DNA from: Escherichia phage MIZ4
Sequence record: OR167180
Strand: one strand, 5' to 3'
DNA length: 64,000 nt
The position numbers and the translations under genes are program-made. Within the stretch, counting starts at the first letter, position 1, and each line of letters starts with the position of its first letter. This document shows, piece by piece, positions 9,818-19,200 of this stretch. The notes below the pieces were generated by a model, which ran no database searches, was not told the DNA's origin, and saw only the letters and a list, made by a program, of their open reading frames with translations.

Positions 9818-10105
9818 TTACAGCATACTTAATACCGTTTGCCGTGTACTAATCCACATAGCAGAAAGCAGTTCTGGTGTGTGTGGCTGTTTGTAGATAT
9901 CACGTAATTTTCCGATAGCGTAGATATACGCATCACGATTATCATCGATGATAGCTTGCTCAGCCCACCGCTTAAGTCGTGCAATCTCTCGCGAGTTCTT
10001 ACGCAAGATCTTTTCCGCTTTCTTAGCGGCTTTAGCCTCTAGTTCTGCTTGTACTTTGTCTACTTCATTCACTGCAATCTTGTCATGCTGTTCATTGCAA
10101 GTCAT
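9818..10105 (-). CDS. hypothetical protein
   Basis: 95-aa ORF. Confidence 0.35.
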   Translation of the reverse strand: MTCNEQHDKIAVNEVDKVQAELEAKAAKKAEKILRKNSREIARLKRWAEQAIIDDNRDAYIYAIGKLRDIYKQPHTPELLSAMWISTRQTVLSML

Positions 10106-10106
10106 A

Positions 10107-10340
10107 TTATTTTACCTCTGGGATATAATCAATTATTAAAGAAAATTCATCTTCTGATACATTATAGCTATGTGAGATTGTACCCGTCAAGACCTCAAGA
10201 TCCGGTGATTTGATATTGCACGGATCGATAATCACCGGAACGCCGCAATCTCTCAAAAATAATTTGGCGAAATACGGCACAAGGTCAGTTTCAAACTCTG
10301 CTTCTTCCAGCAAACGGGAAATGTTAATTTTCAATCTCAT
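10107..10340 (-). CDS. hypothetical protein
   Basis: 77-aa ORF. Confidence 0.35.
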   Translation of the reverse strand: MRLKINISRLLEEAEFETDLVPYFAKLFLRDCGVPVIIDPCNIKSPDLEVLTGTISHSYNVSEDEFSLIIDYIPEVK

Positions 10341-10857
10341 AAAATTGGTCCAGGCTAGGCAATTCCTCGGTCAATACATCTTCAACCTTTGGCGCTTTCG
10401 GTTTATTGACCGATTCCTCGTAGTTGTTGATTTTATCGTAAATGTCCTGTATGAATGCCTCATCAGCAATCTGGCACATATCAGCGTCGCGTTCGTCATA
10501 TACATGATGCACAAAATATTTGTATTTTGCGGCTGTCGCTGTTCTTTCTTTTTTAATGCGCTGCACAAAAGCATTAAAGCACGCTTGCGTGATGTAAGCA
10601 TGAGGATTTTTATACTTTGTCTCGTCAAAATTAATCAAACCCTTGACCGCCGCTTCGATTCCATCGTCGATCATTTCTTCGCGCCATGTTTGACTATAGC
10701 CAGAAAAGTTAAAACGCCGTGATAGATTTTTAGAGATTTGCATAATTGCCAGGCCGATTTGGTCACTCATTGGCACTTGCCGACCTTCTGCTGCAATTCG
10801 TTGTTTCCAACGGCAAATTTCTTCGTAAAGCTCTTTATTGTTTACATAATCAGACAC
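10324..10857 (-). CDS. 55: late-transcription sigma factor gp55
   Basis: [70 protein letters not shown] match T4 gp55. Confidence 0.85.
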   Translation of the reverse strand: MSDYVNNKELYEEICRWKQRIAAEGRQVPMSDQIGLAIMQISKNLSRRFNFSGYSQTWREEMIDDGIEAAVKGLINFDETKYKNPHAYITQACFNAFVQRIKKERTATAAKYKYFVHHVYDERDADMCQIADEAFIQDIYDKINNYEESVNKPKAPKVEDVLTEELPSLDQFYEIEN

Positions 10858-10897
10858 TTCGCACCCTCGCTATTATTTAGGAAATAACCCTTTCGGG

Positions 10898-12367
10898 CTA
10901 TTCCCCATTACCATTATACTTTCTTTGCTTAGTTATCCACACTCTAACCATCTCTACTGATTCACCGTCAGAGGGATCAAGAGTTTTTCCTTTTTTCTTC
11001 ATGCGGTACTTAAATCCGTTAAATCTTGCATTCTCTTGCTCGTTAAAGTCGAACATCTTTTTAAATGATTTTCTCCCTTTACGCTCACCGCATTCTAGCG
11101 GAATCATTCGGTCTGTTATTACATTGGCATTAGGTAGAAACGTTTTTAGATAATCTACCAACGCCCAATCAGGAACATATAGATTAACATTCTCCTTGCT
11201 CTCGTTGTCTCTCAGGTTACAACGCAAACATAATTGAAATGCTGGTTCCAGATAATCAGACACATGACGCGCTTTCAAAAACTCATTTGTCGGGAGATCA
11301 CAACTATTAGCAAGACCTTTTAAAATATCAATCTCCCATCGTTGAGGGTTAAAGCTGAACATCACAGCAACATTTTTATGATGAATGTAAGAGTTAAGAC
11401 CATAAGATCCGTAAGGTATCCGCTCACCAATACCATTTGTACACGCTTCACGGTCCCGATTCACGGTATAAATGAAGTCATCACCACATTCATTTTTAAC
11501 CATATCAACCAGACGTTCAAAGGTATTGTTTGTTTCTGACTGGTGACGCGACCATCGTTCGGAGTCCGTCATAAGGATGATGTTAACTCTATCTGTATTT
11601 TTATACTCTTTGAAATATAGTCTGGATTCTAGCGCACTCGGAACAAAATCGCAATTTGCATAGTATCGTAGATACTTCCCACTATATGTATCAAAGAGAT
11701 TTGCACATGCTATCGTAACCTTTTTAAAGTCTCCCCACGTACCGTGTTTGTTATCGTTCAAGAAAACAATTTTCGACCCATTCTTCCGGTGGCCTTCGTT
11801 ATGTTTTACCATAACGTTGATTTTCTTCTCTAATAACGCCTCATAAAGCCCTCTAAGAGAAGAATCGATCATATCAGTACCATCCTTTGCACTTTCTATC
11901 TTTTCTTTGATAGCGGCCTTCTCAGAGTCTTTTAGAACTAAGTTCTGTAGGCATTCCGATTCGTCGGCGATTGGTTCGCAATGCTTCGTGATAAGTTCAA
12001 GATTAGACTTAAACGGATACTCATTAAATTCAACCAGTTGAGGAACTTCATCAATGTAAAGAGCATAATCACCAAACATTTTTGAACGTTCCATATTAGA
12101 TAACGCTGTATGTGTAATGAATATCACATCAGCACCATCTTTAACTGATTGCATTATCGACGCTTGCACTGTCTTAAGGCTTCTTAGTCTTGTGCTATCA
12201 ATCAAGACAGCACGACCGCCCATTCTTTTAAACTTATTGTAAGATTGTTCACTTAAAACACGAGATGGCGAAGCAATAACCGCTTTTTCTTTTGTCTCTA
12301 GGACGTGGGAAAGTATAGCATCAGTTTTCCCCGCCGCTGGCAATGCGATTAATGTTTCAATCTTCAT
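10898..12367 (-). CDS. P-loop NTPase of unknown function
   Basis: 489 aa; Walker A-like LPAAGKT near N-terminus, Walker B-like LYIDEV; no T4 counterpart recognised. Confidence 0.5.
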   Translation of the reverse strand: MKIETLIALPAAGKTDAILSHVLETKEKAVIASPSRVLSEQSYNKFKRMGGRAVLIDSTRLRSLKTVQASIMQSVKDGADVIFITHTALSNMERSKMFGDYALYIDEVPQLVEFNEYPFKSNLELITKHCEPIADESECLQNLVLKDSEKAAIKEKIESAKDGTDMIDSSLRGLYEALLEKKINVMVKHNEGHRKNGSKIVFLNDNKHGTWGDFKKVTIACANLFDTYSGKYLRYYANCDFVPSALESRLYFKEYKNTDRVNIILMTDSERWSRHQSETNNTFERLVDMVKNECGDDFIYTVNRDREACTNGIGERIPYGSYGLNSYIHHKNVAVMFSFNPQRWEIDILKGLANSCDLPTNEFLKARHVSDYLEPAFQLCLRCNLRDNESKENVNLYVPDWALVDYLKTFLPNANVITDRMIPLECGERKGRKSFKKMFDFNEQENARFNGFKYRMKKKGKTLDPSDGESVEMVRVWITKQRKYNGNGE

Positions 12368-12672
12368 TAGAAACCCTTACGTCGTGCTTTCTGGCATTTC
12401 TTGATCATTTTATCAGAAATTTCGCGCTTAGGTGCAATCTCTTTCACACCGAAAGCACTAATGCCAAATTCAGAGAGAATATATTCAACTAACAATTCAC
12501 GCACACGCGCTTTACCGATATTCACGCCGTTATTTTTCAGATATGTCTGGCCTTCGACTTGCATCAGATCTAAATCAGCGTCGGTAATATTGATTTCTTC
12601 CATGCGCCCAAATCGAGAATAAACCATGTGTGCGATTGCATTGTGTACTAACATAATATATTCCTCACTCAA
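12367..12672 (-). CDS. hypothetical protein
   Basis: 101-aa ORF whose stop overlaps the NTPase start (ATGA). Confidence 0.35.
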   Translation of the reverse strand: MSEEYIMLVHNAIAHMVYSRFGRMEEINITDADLDLMQVEGQTYLKNNGVNIGKARVRELLVEYILSEFGISAFGVKEIAPKREISDKMIKKCQKARRKGF

Positions 12673-12834
12673 GAATTACTTAATGATACTTACTTTACCA
12701 GATCCATGACAATGAGCGCAACACCCATCACCACGCAATCCTGTTCCGTTACAGTGTTTACACTTCTTCAACGGTAAAGCCATTATAGCAAATAAAGCAA
12801 TAATGAACACCGAAACTAAATTCTCAATAATCAT
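12673..12834 (-). CDS. small membrane-anchored protein with CxxCxGxG zinc-ribbon repeats (not in ORF track)
   Basis: hand translation MIIENLVSVFIIALFAIMALPLKKCKHCNGTGLRGDGCCAHCHGSGKVSIIK; fills a gap between neighbouring genes. Confidence 0.35.
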
Positions 12835-13093
12835 AAATCTCCCTCAGTTCTTTATAGCCTCCAATGTGCTCGTTGTCAATGAATATCTGGGGGTATACAA
12901 ATCGGAGGCTCTTTGAGTTCAGCCTCCCCGCCAGTTCTTCAATCATATCACGGTCGGGAATAATGTCAACCCCAACCTGCTTGAATACTGGTTTAAGTGT
13001 ATACGGAATACCCAGATCATCCAGTAGCTTCATTGCACTAATACAACCATAACAATGATAAGCCTCTTTCGGTATGCCGTATATCTCGATCAT
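12824..13093 (-). CDS. glutaredoxin-like protein (NrdH-like)
   Basis: CxxC active site CYGC; glutaredoxin fold motif VYPQIFIDNEHIGGY. Confidence 0.7.
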   Translation of the reverse strand: MIEIYGIPKEAYHCYGCISAMKLLDDLGIPYTLKPVFKQVGVDIIPDRDMIEELAGRLNSKSLRFVYPQIFIDNEHIGGYKELREIYDY

Positions 13094-13587
13094 TTCTCAG
13101 CCTTTAATCTTTCTAGTTCTTCTTCCAGTTCCTTGATCCGTTGGTCACGTTCAAAGTCACGCTGCAACTTAGTGGCGAATACTCGTTTAAACTGATTGTA
13201 ATCATCGATTTTAAACACTTCTTCTTCGCCATAGCGACGCACAGAAACTTCGTAGTTGTTGAAAAATTGTTCCAACATTGCATCAGTAGTCAGTTCTGAC
13301 GACACCACTTTAAAATAACGTTCTTCGGATTGCAAAAACCAGTTGTGCGCGTATTCCCGTACATCATCAACATCTCGACAGGTGTATGTTTTTCCATCAA
13401 TTTCAATCGCAGAAACATATTCGATATCTGATGCAATTTTTTCAAAAGCGATAACTTTAAATGTACGGTCACCGATAAAGTCTGCTATTGCATCATTTGC
13501 AACACTGGTTGCAAAGGCTTTCCGCGCTCGCTCGTTTTTCCACTGATAGGTCATACCAACAACAAACATATTACCATCAACAAACAT
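13090..13587 (-). CDS. member of paralogous repeat-domain family (1 module)
   Basis: VGMTYQWK..F, IEIDGKTYT, ERYFKVV; C-terminal coiled coil. Confidence 0.45.
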   Translation of the reverse strand: MFVDGNMFVVGMTYQWKNERARKAFATSVANDAIADFIGDRTFKVIAFEKIASDIEYVSAIEIDGKTYTCRDVDDVREYAHNWFLQSEERYFKVVSSELTTDAMLEQFFNNYEVSVRRYGEEEVFKIDDYNQFKRVFATKLQRDFERDQRIKELEEELERLKAEK

Positions 13588-13588
13588 A

Positions 13589-14413
13589 TTACCATCCTCG
13601 CTCTTTACCAATCAAAAATTCAACTTCACGACGTTTAATGTCTTCTTGAAGGTCTTTAATCTTCTGGCGATCTTGCATTATTTCGTCCATCTTGTCAAGT
13701 GCTGCGATGAAATCATCGAAACGTTCAAAGGTTTTACCTTCATTTGCTTCGCCAAATTTAACCATTGTCAGGCCGTAACGACTACTAAACAGACGTTTCA
13801 ACTGTCCAACGATTTTAGAATCAGTGGTTATAACTTCCAATTCTTCTACTTCACGAAAGAATTTTCTATCAGAATCAATAAACCAGCTAGTTCCTTTATG
13901 GTTGCTATCTTCGGTTGCACTCATTAGAGTATGGTCTTTACCATCAATTTCAATTACATCAATTTGCCCACATGGACGAACATTTTTAACAGTAAAAGGT
14001 CTATAATTTATTGCTCGTGCAATAACATAATTAAGATTAGATACGTTTTCAGCATAATGGCAGAAGTCGGTCATAGCATTCACGTCTTTCCAAGTATAAG
14101 TTTTACCAACTTCCCATTTCTGGGGAACTTCTTCAACTTCACGAAAGAATTTTCTATCGAATGGACTAAAGAAATATGTTGCAGTCCAAATGTCTTTTCC
14201 TGTAGCAGTTTTCGCCGTATGATAAACACCGTCTAGCTCTATTGCATTAATCCAACCGTTGCCATCGATCTCGATGATGGTAAATGGCTTGTCACCAATA
14301 GCTGCACTAATATCGCTGTTAAGTGGAGAAAGAACACCTTCTCCGTTAGTAATAAACTCAGTTTTAGCGTTTACATCTTTCCAAGTGTAAGTTTTACCAA
14401 TTTCCCATTTCAT
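13589..14413 (-). CDS. member of paralogous repeat-domain family (2 tandem modules)
   Basis: MKWEIGKTYTWKDVNAKTEF..DRKFFREVEE and QKWEVGKTYTWKDVNAMTDF..DRKFFREVEE inside one protein. Confidence 0.5.
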   Translation of the reverse strand: MKWEIGKTYTWKDVNAKTEFITNGEGVLSPLNSDISAAIGDKPFTIIEIDGNGWINAIELDGVYHTAKTATGKDIWTATYFFSPFDRKFFREVEEVPQKWEVGKTYTWKDVNAMTDFCHYAENVSNLNYVIARAINYRPFTVKNVRPCGQIDVIEIDGKDHTLMSATEDSNHKGTSWFIDSDRKFFREVEELEVITTDSKIVGQLKRLFSSRYGLTMVKFGEANEGKTFERFDDFIAALDKMDEIMQDRQKIKDLQEDIKRREVEFLIGKERGW

Positions 14414-14425
14414 AATATATTCCCC

Positions 14426-14890
14426 TTAACCGATTTTATCAAGTTCGTTTAATGCTTTCTCAGCTTCCTGTATAGCTTGCACCCTTTCCGGCATTTTGTC
14501 AAGAAAATCTTTCAACTCTTCAAAACTGGAGATATGACGCAAGGCATTAGCACCGATAGCCGCATGTGATTTGCATTCAAAGCGAATTTTATAATTATCC
14601 ATAGCCAATTTGAGAAGATCAATTAATTTAGATTCTTCTGGAATAATAATTTCTTCAAATCTGCTACGGTCATGATCCAGAAACCAACAAGATAGACCTA
14701 CATCGGTTGAACTCATATAAGTTCCATCATGAAGATAAACAGACCGCACGTATCCTTTTTTCGCATCAACCGACGCAACTTTAAACGGTAATCGCAGATA
14801 TTTCAAATAATCAACATCATACCATTTAAAAAATTGATTTGCATCTTTTACATCTTTCCACGCATAGGTCTTACCAGCTTCCCATTTCAT
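14426..14890 (-). CDS. member of paralogous repeat-domain family (1 module)
   Basis: MKWEAGKTYAWKDVKDANQF; HDRSRFEEI. Confidence 0.45.
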   Translation of the reverse strand: MKWEAGKTYAWKDVKDANQFFKWYDVDYLKYLRLPFKVASVDAKKGYVRSVYLHDGTYMSSTDVGLSCWFLDHDRSRFEEIIIPEESKLIDLLKLAMDNYKIRFECKSHAAIGANALRHISSFEELKDFLDKMPERVQAIQEAEKALNELDKIG

Positions 14891-14894
14891 AATA

Positions 14895-15431
14895 TCATCT
14901 CTCATTTTTGATACGTGATTCTAATTGGATCATACGGTCGCGCGTTTGTTTGTATTCTCGGATAGCACCGATCCGGCTAGGCATACCATCCAGTACGCTC
15001 TTAATACCTTCTAGGGTAGTAATTTTGGCAATGCTATTATGTAACCCCATCTTATCGATCAACTGAATGTCGTAGGCTTCCATAAGCAGACCCAGGCGTT
15101 CTAAAGTTAGGTCTTCTTCTTTTTCTTCCGAATCTGGAATCTTATGTTCAATAGTAACTTCGGTAAAGAAACGACGCTCACCCGACCAAAACCACACGCC
15201 GGAACAGCCAATAGGGGATTCTTTTAACGTCATAGAGTCGAAATTACTACCAATAATAGTAATTTCTCTAACATCACCATCATCGTCAAGGTCTTCTACC
15301 CTAAACGGGCGACCAGCCAACAAGTCAACAATACATCTGTTAATAGACGACGAAAATTTAGTCAGTTCGGCTTTCGACGCTTCGCATTCAATCTTGTAAG
15401 TTTTACCAACTTCCCATTCCATAATAATCAC
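14895..15431 (-). CDS. member of paralogous repeat-domain family (1 module)
   Basis: EWEVGKTYKIECE; GERRFFTEV. Confidence 0.45.
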   Translation of the reverse strand: MIIMEWEVGKTYKIECEASKAELTKFSSSINRCIVDLLAGRPFRVEDLDDDGDVREITIIGSNFDSMTLKESPIGCSGVWFWSGERRFFTEVTIEHKIPDSEEKEEDLTLERLGLLMEAYDIQLIDKMGLHNSIAKITTLEGIKSVLDGMPSRIGAIREYKQTRDRMIQLESRIKNER

Positions 15432-15432
15432 C

Positions 15433-15942
15433 TCAAATAATTTTCACTGGAATACTATTAACAATCTTGTATTGTACTTGATTGTCAGACCCCCGCCACG
15501 GCTTCTTCGTTGGCATATCTTTAATATAACGCCCATCGATGAACATGTCAACTGATTCTACAATTTTTCTTTGCTCATCATTCAATTGGTCAAGGGTATA
15601 ACCAGACCATAGCCAAATATCTTTATTTGGCATCCATGATTTTACTTCATCGATGATCCGCTGTACACCCTTTAAATTGCGTTTATACAGTGGATCGCCA
15701 CCTAAGAATGTTAGCCCCTGAATAAAATCAGGTCTAAGCAGATCCAGAATCAATCCCATTGTATCATCGGTGAATGGTTCCCCGTTCTTAGGATTGAGTA
15801 GGCTAGCATTAAAGCAACCATCACATGCGTGTGAACATCCGGTAACGTAAAGGGAGACTCTCACTCCCTCACCGTTCACCATATCACAATCTTTAATATC
15901 GGCATAGCGTAGTTTGCCGTATGTATCAGAACTCATATTCAA
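15433..15942 (-). CDS. nrdG: anaerobic ribonucleotide reductase activating enzyme NrdG (radical SAM)
   Basis: radical-SAM CxxxCxxC (CSHACDGC); GLTFLGGDPLY, KDIWLWSGY, KKPWRGSDNQ match T4 NrdG. Confidence 0.85.
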   Translation of the reverse strand: MNMSSDTYGKLRYADIKDCDMVNGEGVRVSLYVTGCSHACDGCFNASLLNPKNGEPFTDDTMGLILDLLRPDFIQGLTFLGGDPLYKRNLKGVQRIIDEVKSWMPNKDIWLWSGYTLDQLNDEQRKIVESVDMFIDGRYIKDMPTKKPWRGSDNQVQYKIVNSIPVKII

Positions 15943-16078
15943 TTACCCCGAACTCGTTTACAATCTGCGCTTTATAGTAACCACCGCGAGATGCTAATAG
16001 ATAAGCTGGGCTTAGGTATTCGTATTCACGGATTTCTACTTGTGCGTTTTCAGTTTCCCAAATCAGTAAAGTCCACAT
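15926..16078 (-). CDS. small hypothetical protein
   Basis: 50-aa ORF starting at the cassette RBS (GGAGAATCAAAT ATG); the ORF-track N-terminal extension runs through the promoter. Confidence 0.3.
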   Translation of the reverse strand: MWTLLIWETENAQVEIREYEYLSPAYLLASRGGYYKAQIVNEFGVIEYEF

Positions 16079-16120
16079 ATTTGATTCTCCTGTAAAGTTG
16101 TATCTCGTCTTGATGAATAT

Positions 16121-16149
16121 AGTATAGGGGATCTCGTGATCCCCGTCAA
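16121..16149 (-). promoter_or_regulatory. early promoter cassette, TTGACG-17-TATACT, spacer palindrome GGGGATC..GATCCCC
   Basis: minus strand TTGACG GGGATCACGAGATCCCC TATACT. Confidence 0.55.
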
Positions 16150-16153
16150 GCAT

Positions 16154-16687
16154 TTATTTTAAATTTTTTCGAATGTATTCAGACCATTCCTTCCCTGTCA
16201 TTTCGGACCCATTCTGGAAACTGAAATATTCATACGGCATCGAGTCAAGATAAAACAGGATCATACATCGCGCCATATAATACCAATCACGATTAAAGTA
16301 AACTACGTTATCGCCAGTACCATCAACCCCTTTATCATAACCATCGCGGGTACGGGCGACCCATTGAATAGTATCAGTTTTCTCACGGATAGTAACAGGT
16401 TCCCAATATCCAGCACATCCAGCATGACCACACGAACAAGTAAGGAAATATTGACCTTTTGCTTTGTTGTCATCCCATTCACGATGAATTGGTTTGATTT
16501 CGTGAAACAGTGCCAAACAATCATGATTATGCAACACTGGCTTACCATCAATCAATGCATGGAATGTATACAAACGACCCGTAGACAAATAGCTATCCTC
16601 ACGCTCAACCAGTTCAATAGCAATCTTTTTAGCTCGTTCTTTGTGTCGTTGTGCTTTACGTTTACGGTTTAATGATTTCATAGTCAC
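16154..16687 (-). CDS. hypothetical protein
   Basis: 177-aa ORF. Confidence 0.4.
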   Translation of the reverse strand: MTMKSLNRKRKAQRHKERAKKIAIELVEREDSYLSTGRLYTFHALIDGKPVLHNHDCLALFHEIKPIHREWDDNKAKGQYFLTCSCGHAGCAGYWEPVTIREKTDTIQWVARTRDGYDKGVDGTGDNVVYFNRDWYYMARCMILFYLDSMPYEYFSFQNGSEMTGKEWSEYIRKNLK

Positions 16688-16698
16688 CTCACATTATT

Positions 16699-17238
16699 TC
16701 AAAGATCGCGATATTGTACATTATGAAAATGAGAACTTGCATTACCAATATTGTAGATAACAAATTCTTCATCCGGCGCTTGCGCTACAAATTGAGTATG
16801 AGCAACCGCTACGACTTTAAAAATACGATCCGTGATCTTGTGCTTAATTTCTGCCCCTACTTCCATAGGAACATATTCATTTGTTTCTGTTTCAGTCGCA
16901 AAACAGCCATCTTCTTCATAAGCACGAACAAATCGGTCGCAATCAGTACGCTTAACAAATTCAAGAGTATATAATTCTCGTGAATTGTCGGTATAGACCA
17001 ATACAGAATTATTATGATAGCGAATCACATACAGGTTATTATCATCGTCAATTACGCAAAAGCTACGGATTCCTTCGCCTTGACTCCAGCAGACATTAAC
17101 CACCGTTCCTCTAATAAAAAAACTTTCCTTTAAATTAAAACTAGTCAATGTGCTAGCGTGCATTTTAACAACAACACCATCACCAATTTCCAGTTTACGA
17201 AGTTTAACTTCTTTGCTCAGTACACAAAACATCATCAT
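16699..17238 (-). CDS. hypothetical protein
   Basis: 179-aa ORF downstream of cassette 17268-17295. Confidence 0.4.
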   Translation of the reverse strand: MMMFCVLSKEVKLRKLEIGDGVVVKMHASTLTSFNLKESFFIRGTVVNVCWSQGEGIRSFCVIDDDNNLYVIRYHNNSVLVYTDNSRELYTLEFVKRTDCDRFVRAYEEDGCFATETETNEYVPMEVGAEIKHKITDRIFKVVAVAHTQFVAQAPDEEFVIYNIGNASSHFHNVQYRDL

Positions 17239-17267
17239 GTTGTCCTCTCGTTGTTTTCGATGTGAGC

Positions 17268-17295
17268 ATTATACATTAGCTAATCATATTGTCAA
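17268..17295 (-). promoter_or_regulatory. early promoter, TTGACA-16-TATAAT
   Basis: minus strand TTGACA ATATGATTAGCTAATG TATAAT, directly after terminator 17311-17332. Confidence 0.55.
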
Positions 17296-17310
17296 CACCC
17301 CAAAACGAAA

Positions 17311-17332
17311 AGCCGACCCTTTCGGATCGGCT
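17311..17332 (-). terminator. rho-independent terminator downstream of nrdD
   Basis: AGCCGATCC GAAA GGGTCGGCT hairpin then T-run on the minus strand. Confidence 0.6.
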
Positions 17333-17337
17333 AAAAA

Positions 17338-19200
17338 TTACATGTGCTTAACGCGGTTTACCATCTCGGAGTGTTTCCCGTGGTTGAATGGACGCAGATC
17401 AACAGATCCAAGATATCCACTAACGCGACGGATAACATTCATCTTTTCCAGATTGTCATTGCCGCAATCAGGACAAACAAAACCAGACTCGGTCGCTCTC
17501 ATTTCCTTAGTAGATCCGCATACATGACATACATCAGAAGGAGTATTAACACCGAAGTAGTGCAATTTATCCATTGCATAATCGACTACAGTTTCAAGAC
17601 CTTTCAGGTTGTTTTTCATGTCTGGGAACTCAACATAAGAGATCATGCCACCGGACGCCAGCCAGTGATAATCTTTCTCAAAGTCGATTTTCTCAAATGG
17701 AGTGACTTTCCGGTCTACGTCAAGGTGGAATGAGTTTGTGTACCAGTCTTTATCGGTAGCACCCTTAACAATACCAAACTGCTCTCTGTCCAGTCGATTA
17801 AATCGATAGCAAAGGCTCTCGGCTGGCGTACCGTAAAGACTAAACCCAAGTCCGGTTTCGTCCTTCCATTTTTCAGTATAATGACGCAAGATCTTAAGAA
17901 TATGTTTACCGTATCGCTGCGCATCTTCCGAATCAAACGGATGAACACCAAACAGGACGCTCAATACCTCATGTAAACCAATATATCCAAGAGAGATACT
18001 AGCGCGACCATCTTTCAACACTTCCAAAATTTCATCGTTTTGATGAATACGGAAAAATGCACCTTCTGTATACAGCACCGGAGCAACATTGGCTTTAGCC
18101 CCTTTTAAAGCGTCTACGCGACTCATGAGCGCATCAAAGCAAATATGCATACGATTAGCTAGCTCTTGTTCGAATAGCTCAATTCTGCGCATTACAGACG
18201 CTTTACCAGCACGACGAGCGGCAATAAGGGCAATACGCGGAAGATTCAGAGTCACAACACCTAAGTTATTACGTCCGTCTAATACTTCCTCGCCTTTCTC
18301 ATTATGCCACACACCCAGGAAGCTACGACAACCCATCGGGCTAACCGGAACACTAGATCCAGTGATGCTACGGTTATTCTTCGCAGAGATATAATCAGGG
18401 TAAAGACGCTTACTAGAACATTCCAATGCAAGTTGCTTAATGTCGTAGTTCGGATCTTCCGGTTTAAGGTTTAATCCTTCTTCTAAGAACATCACCAGCT
18501 TAGGAAACACCGGAGTGATACCATCTTTACCTAAACCTTTAGTTCGAACGTTCAGGATCGCTTTCTGAATCAGTTTTTCTTCCCAGCTAGTACCCATACC
18601 AAAGGTTAAAGTCACAAAAGGCGTTTGACCGTTGGTGGAGAACAAAGTGTTGATTTCATATTCCAACGCTTGATACCCGTCTAGCGTTTCTTTTTCTGTC
18701 TTCTCTTGTGCATAGAGAGTATCAGCTTTGATTCCGTAGGTCTCGGCATCAGCAAGGTGTTTATGATATGTTTTCTCAACGTATGGCGCTAAAACCTGAT
18801 CGATGTTTGCAATTGTGGTCCCGCCATATTGATGACTTGCCACCTGTGCGATAATTTGAGCGGTTACAGCACAAGCAACGCCGATTGATTTCGGACTTTC
18901 GATTTGTGCGCTACCCAATTTAAAACCATTCTCTAACATGTCTTTGAGATTAACAAGACAGCAGTTAGTAAACGGCATAGCGGGTGCATAATCCATATCA
19001 TGATAATGAATGTCACCGTCTACATGCGCTTTATAGATGTGCTCAGGTAACACGGTTTTAGCAATCTGTTTAGACACAGCACCAGCAATCAGATCTCGAC
19101 GTGTCGGGAATGTTCGCGCGTCTTTGTTCGCGTTCTCTTTGCTTACTTCGTTTTCTTTACCCGTTGCGATCTCTGTAATGTCTTTGATTAGTTTTTCCAT
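17338..19200 (-). CDS. nrdD: anaerobic (class III) ribonucleotide reductase NrdD, uninterrupted
   Basis: 620 aa; C-terminal zinc ribbon CHVCG..CPDCG and glycyl-radical motif RRVSGYLG. Confidence 0.9.
   Translation of the reverse strand: MEKLIKDITEIATGKENEVSKENANKDARTFPTRRDLIAGAVSKQIAKTVLPEHIYKAHVDGDIHYHDMDYAPAMPFTNCCLVNLKDMLENGFKLGSAQIESPKSIGVACAVTAQIIAQVASHQYGGTTIANIDQVLAPYVEKTYHKHLADAETYGIKADTLYAQEKTEKETLDGYQALEYEINTLFSTNGQTPFVTLTFGMGTSWEEKLIQKAILNVRTKGLGKDGITPVFPKLVMFLEEGLNLKPEDPNYDIKQLALECSSKRLYPDYISAKNNRSITGSSVPVSPMGCRSFLGVWHNEKGEEVLDGRNNLGVVTLNLPRIALIAARRAGKASVMRRIELFEQELANRMHICFDALMSRVDALKGAKANVAPVLYTEGAFFRIHQNDEILEVLKDGRASISLGYIGLHEVLSVLFGVHPFDSEDAQRYGKHILKILRHYTEKWKDETGLGFSLYGTPAESLCYRFNRLDREQFGIVKGATDKDWYTNSFHLDVDRKVTPFEKIDFEKDYHWLASGGMISYVEFPDMKNNLKGLETVVDYAMDKLHYFGVNTPSDVCHVCGSTKEMRATESGFVCPDCGNDNLEKMNVIRRVSGYLGSVDLRPFNHGKHSEMVNRVKHM

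Noticed and set aside
9728-10323. Alpha-glucosyltransferase between genes 47 and 55
   Set aside because: The ORFs in this interval are an HNH endonuclease and two small proteins with no glycosyltransferase-like length or motifs.
10885-10900. Weak GAAA-loop hairpin overlapping the stop codon of the P-loop NTPase gene as a terminator
   Set aside because: The stem is short with a G-U pair and not followed by a clear T-run, so it was not called as a feature.
17338-19200. Group I intron in nrdD (present in T4)
   Set aside because: The nrdD reading frame is continuous over 620 aa with intact C-terminal zinc ribbon and glycyl-radical motif, so there is no interruption.
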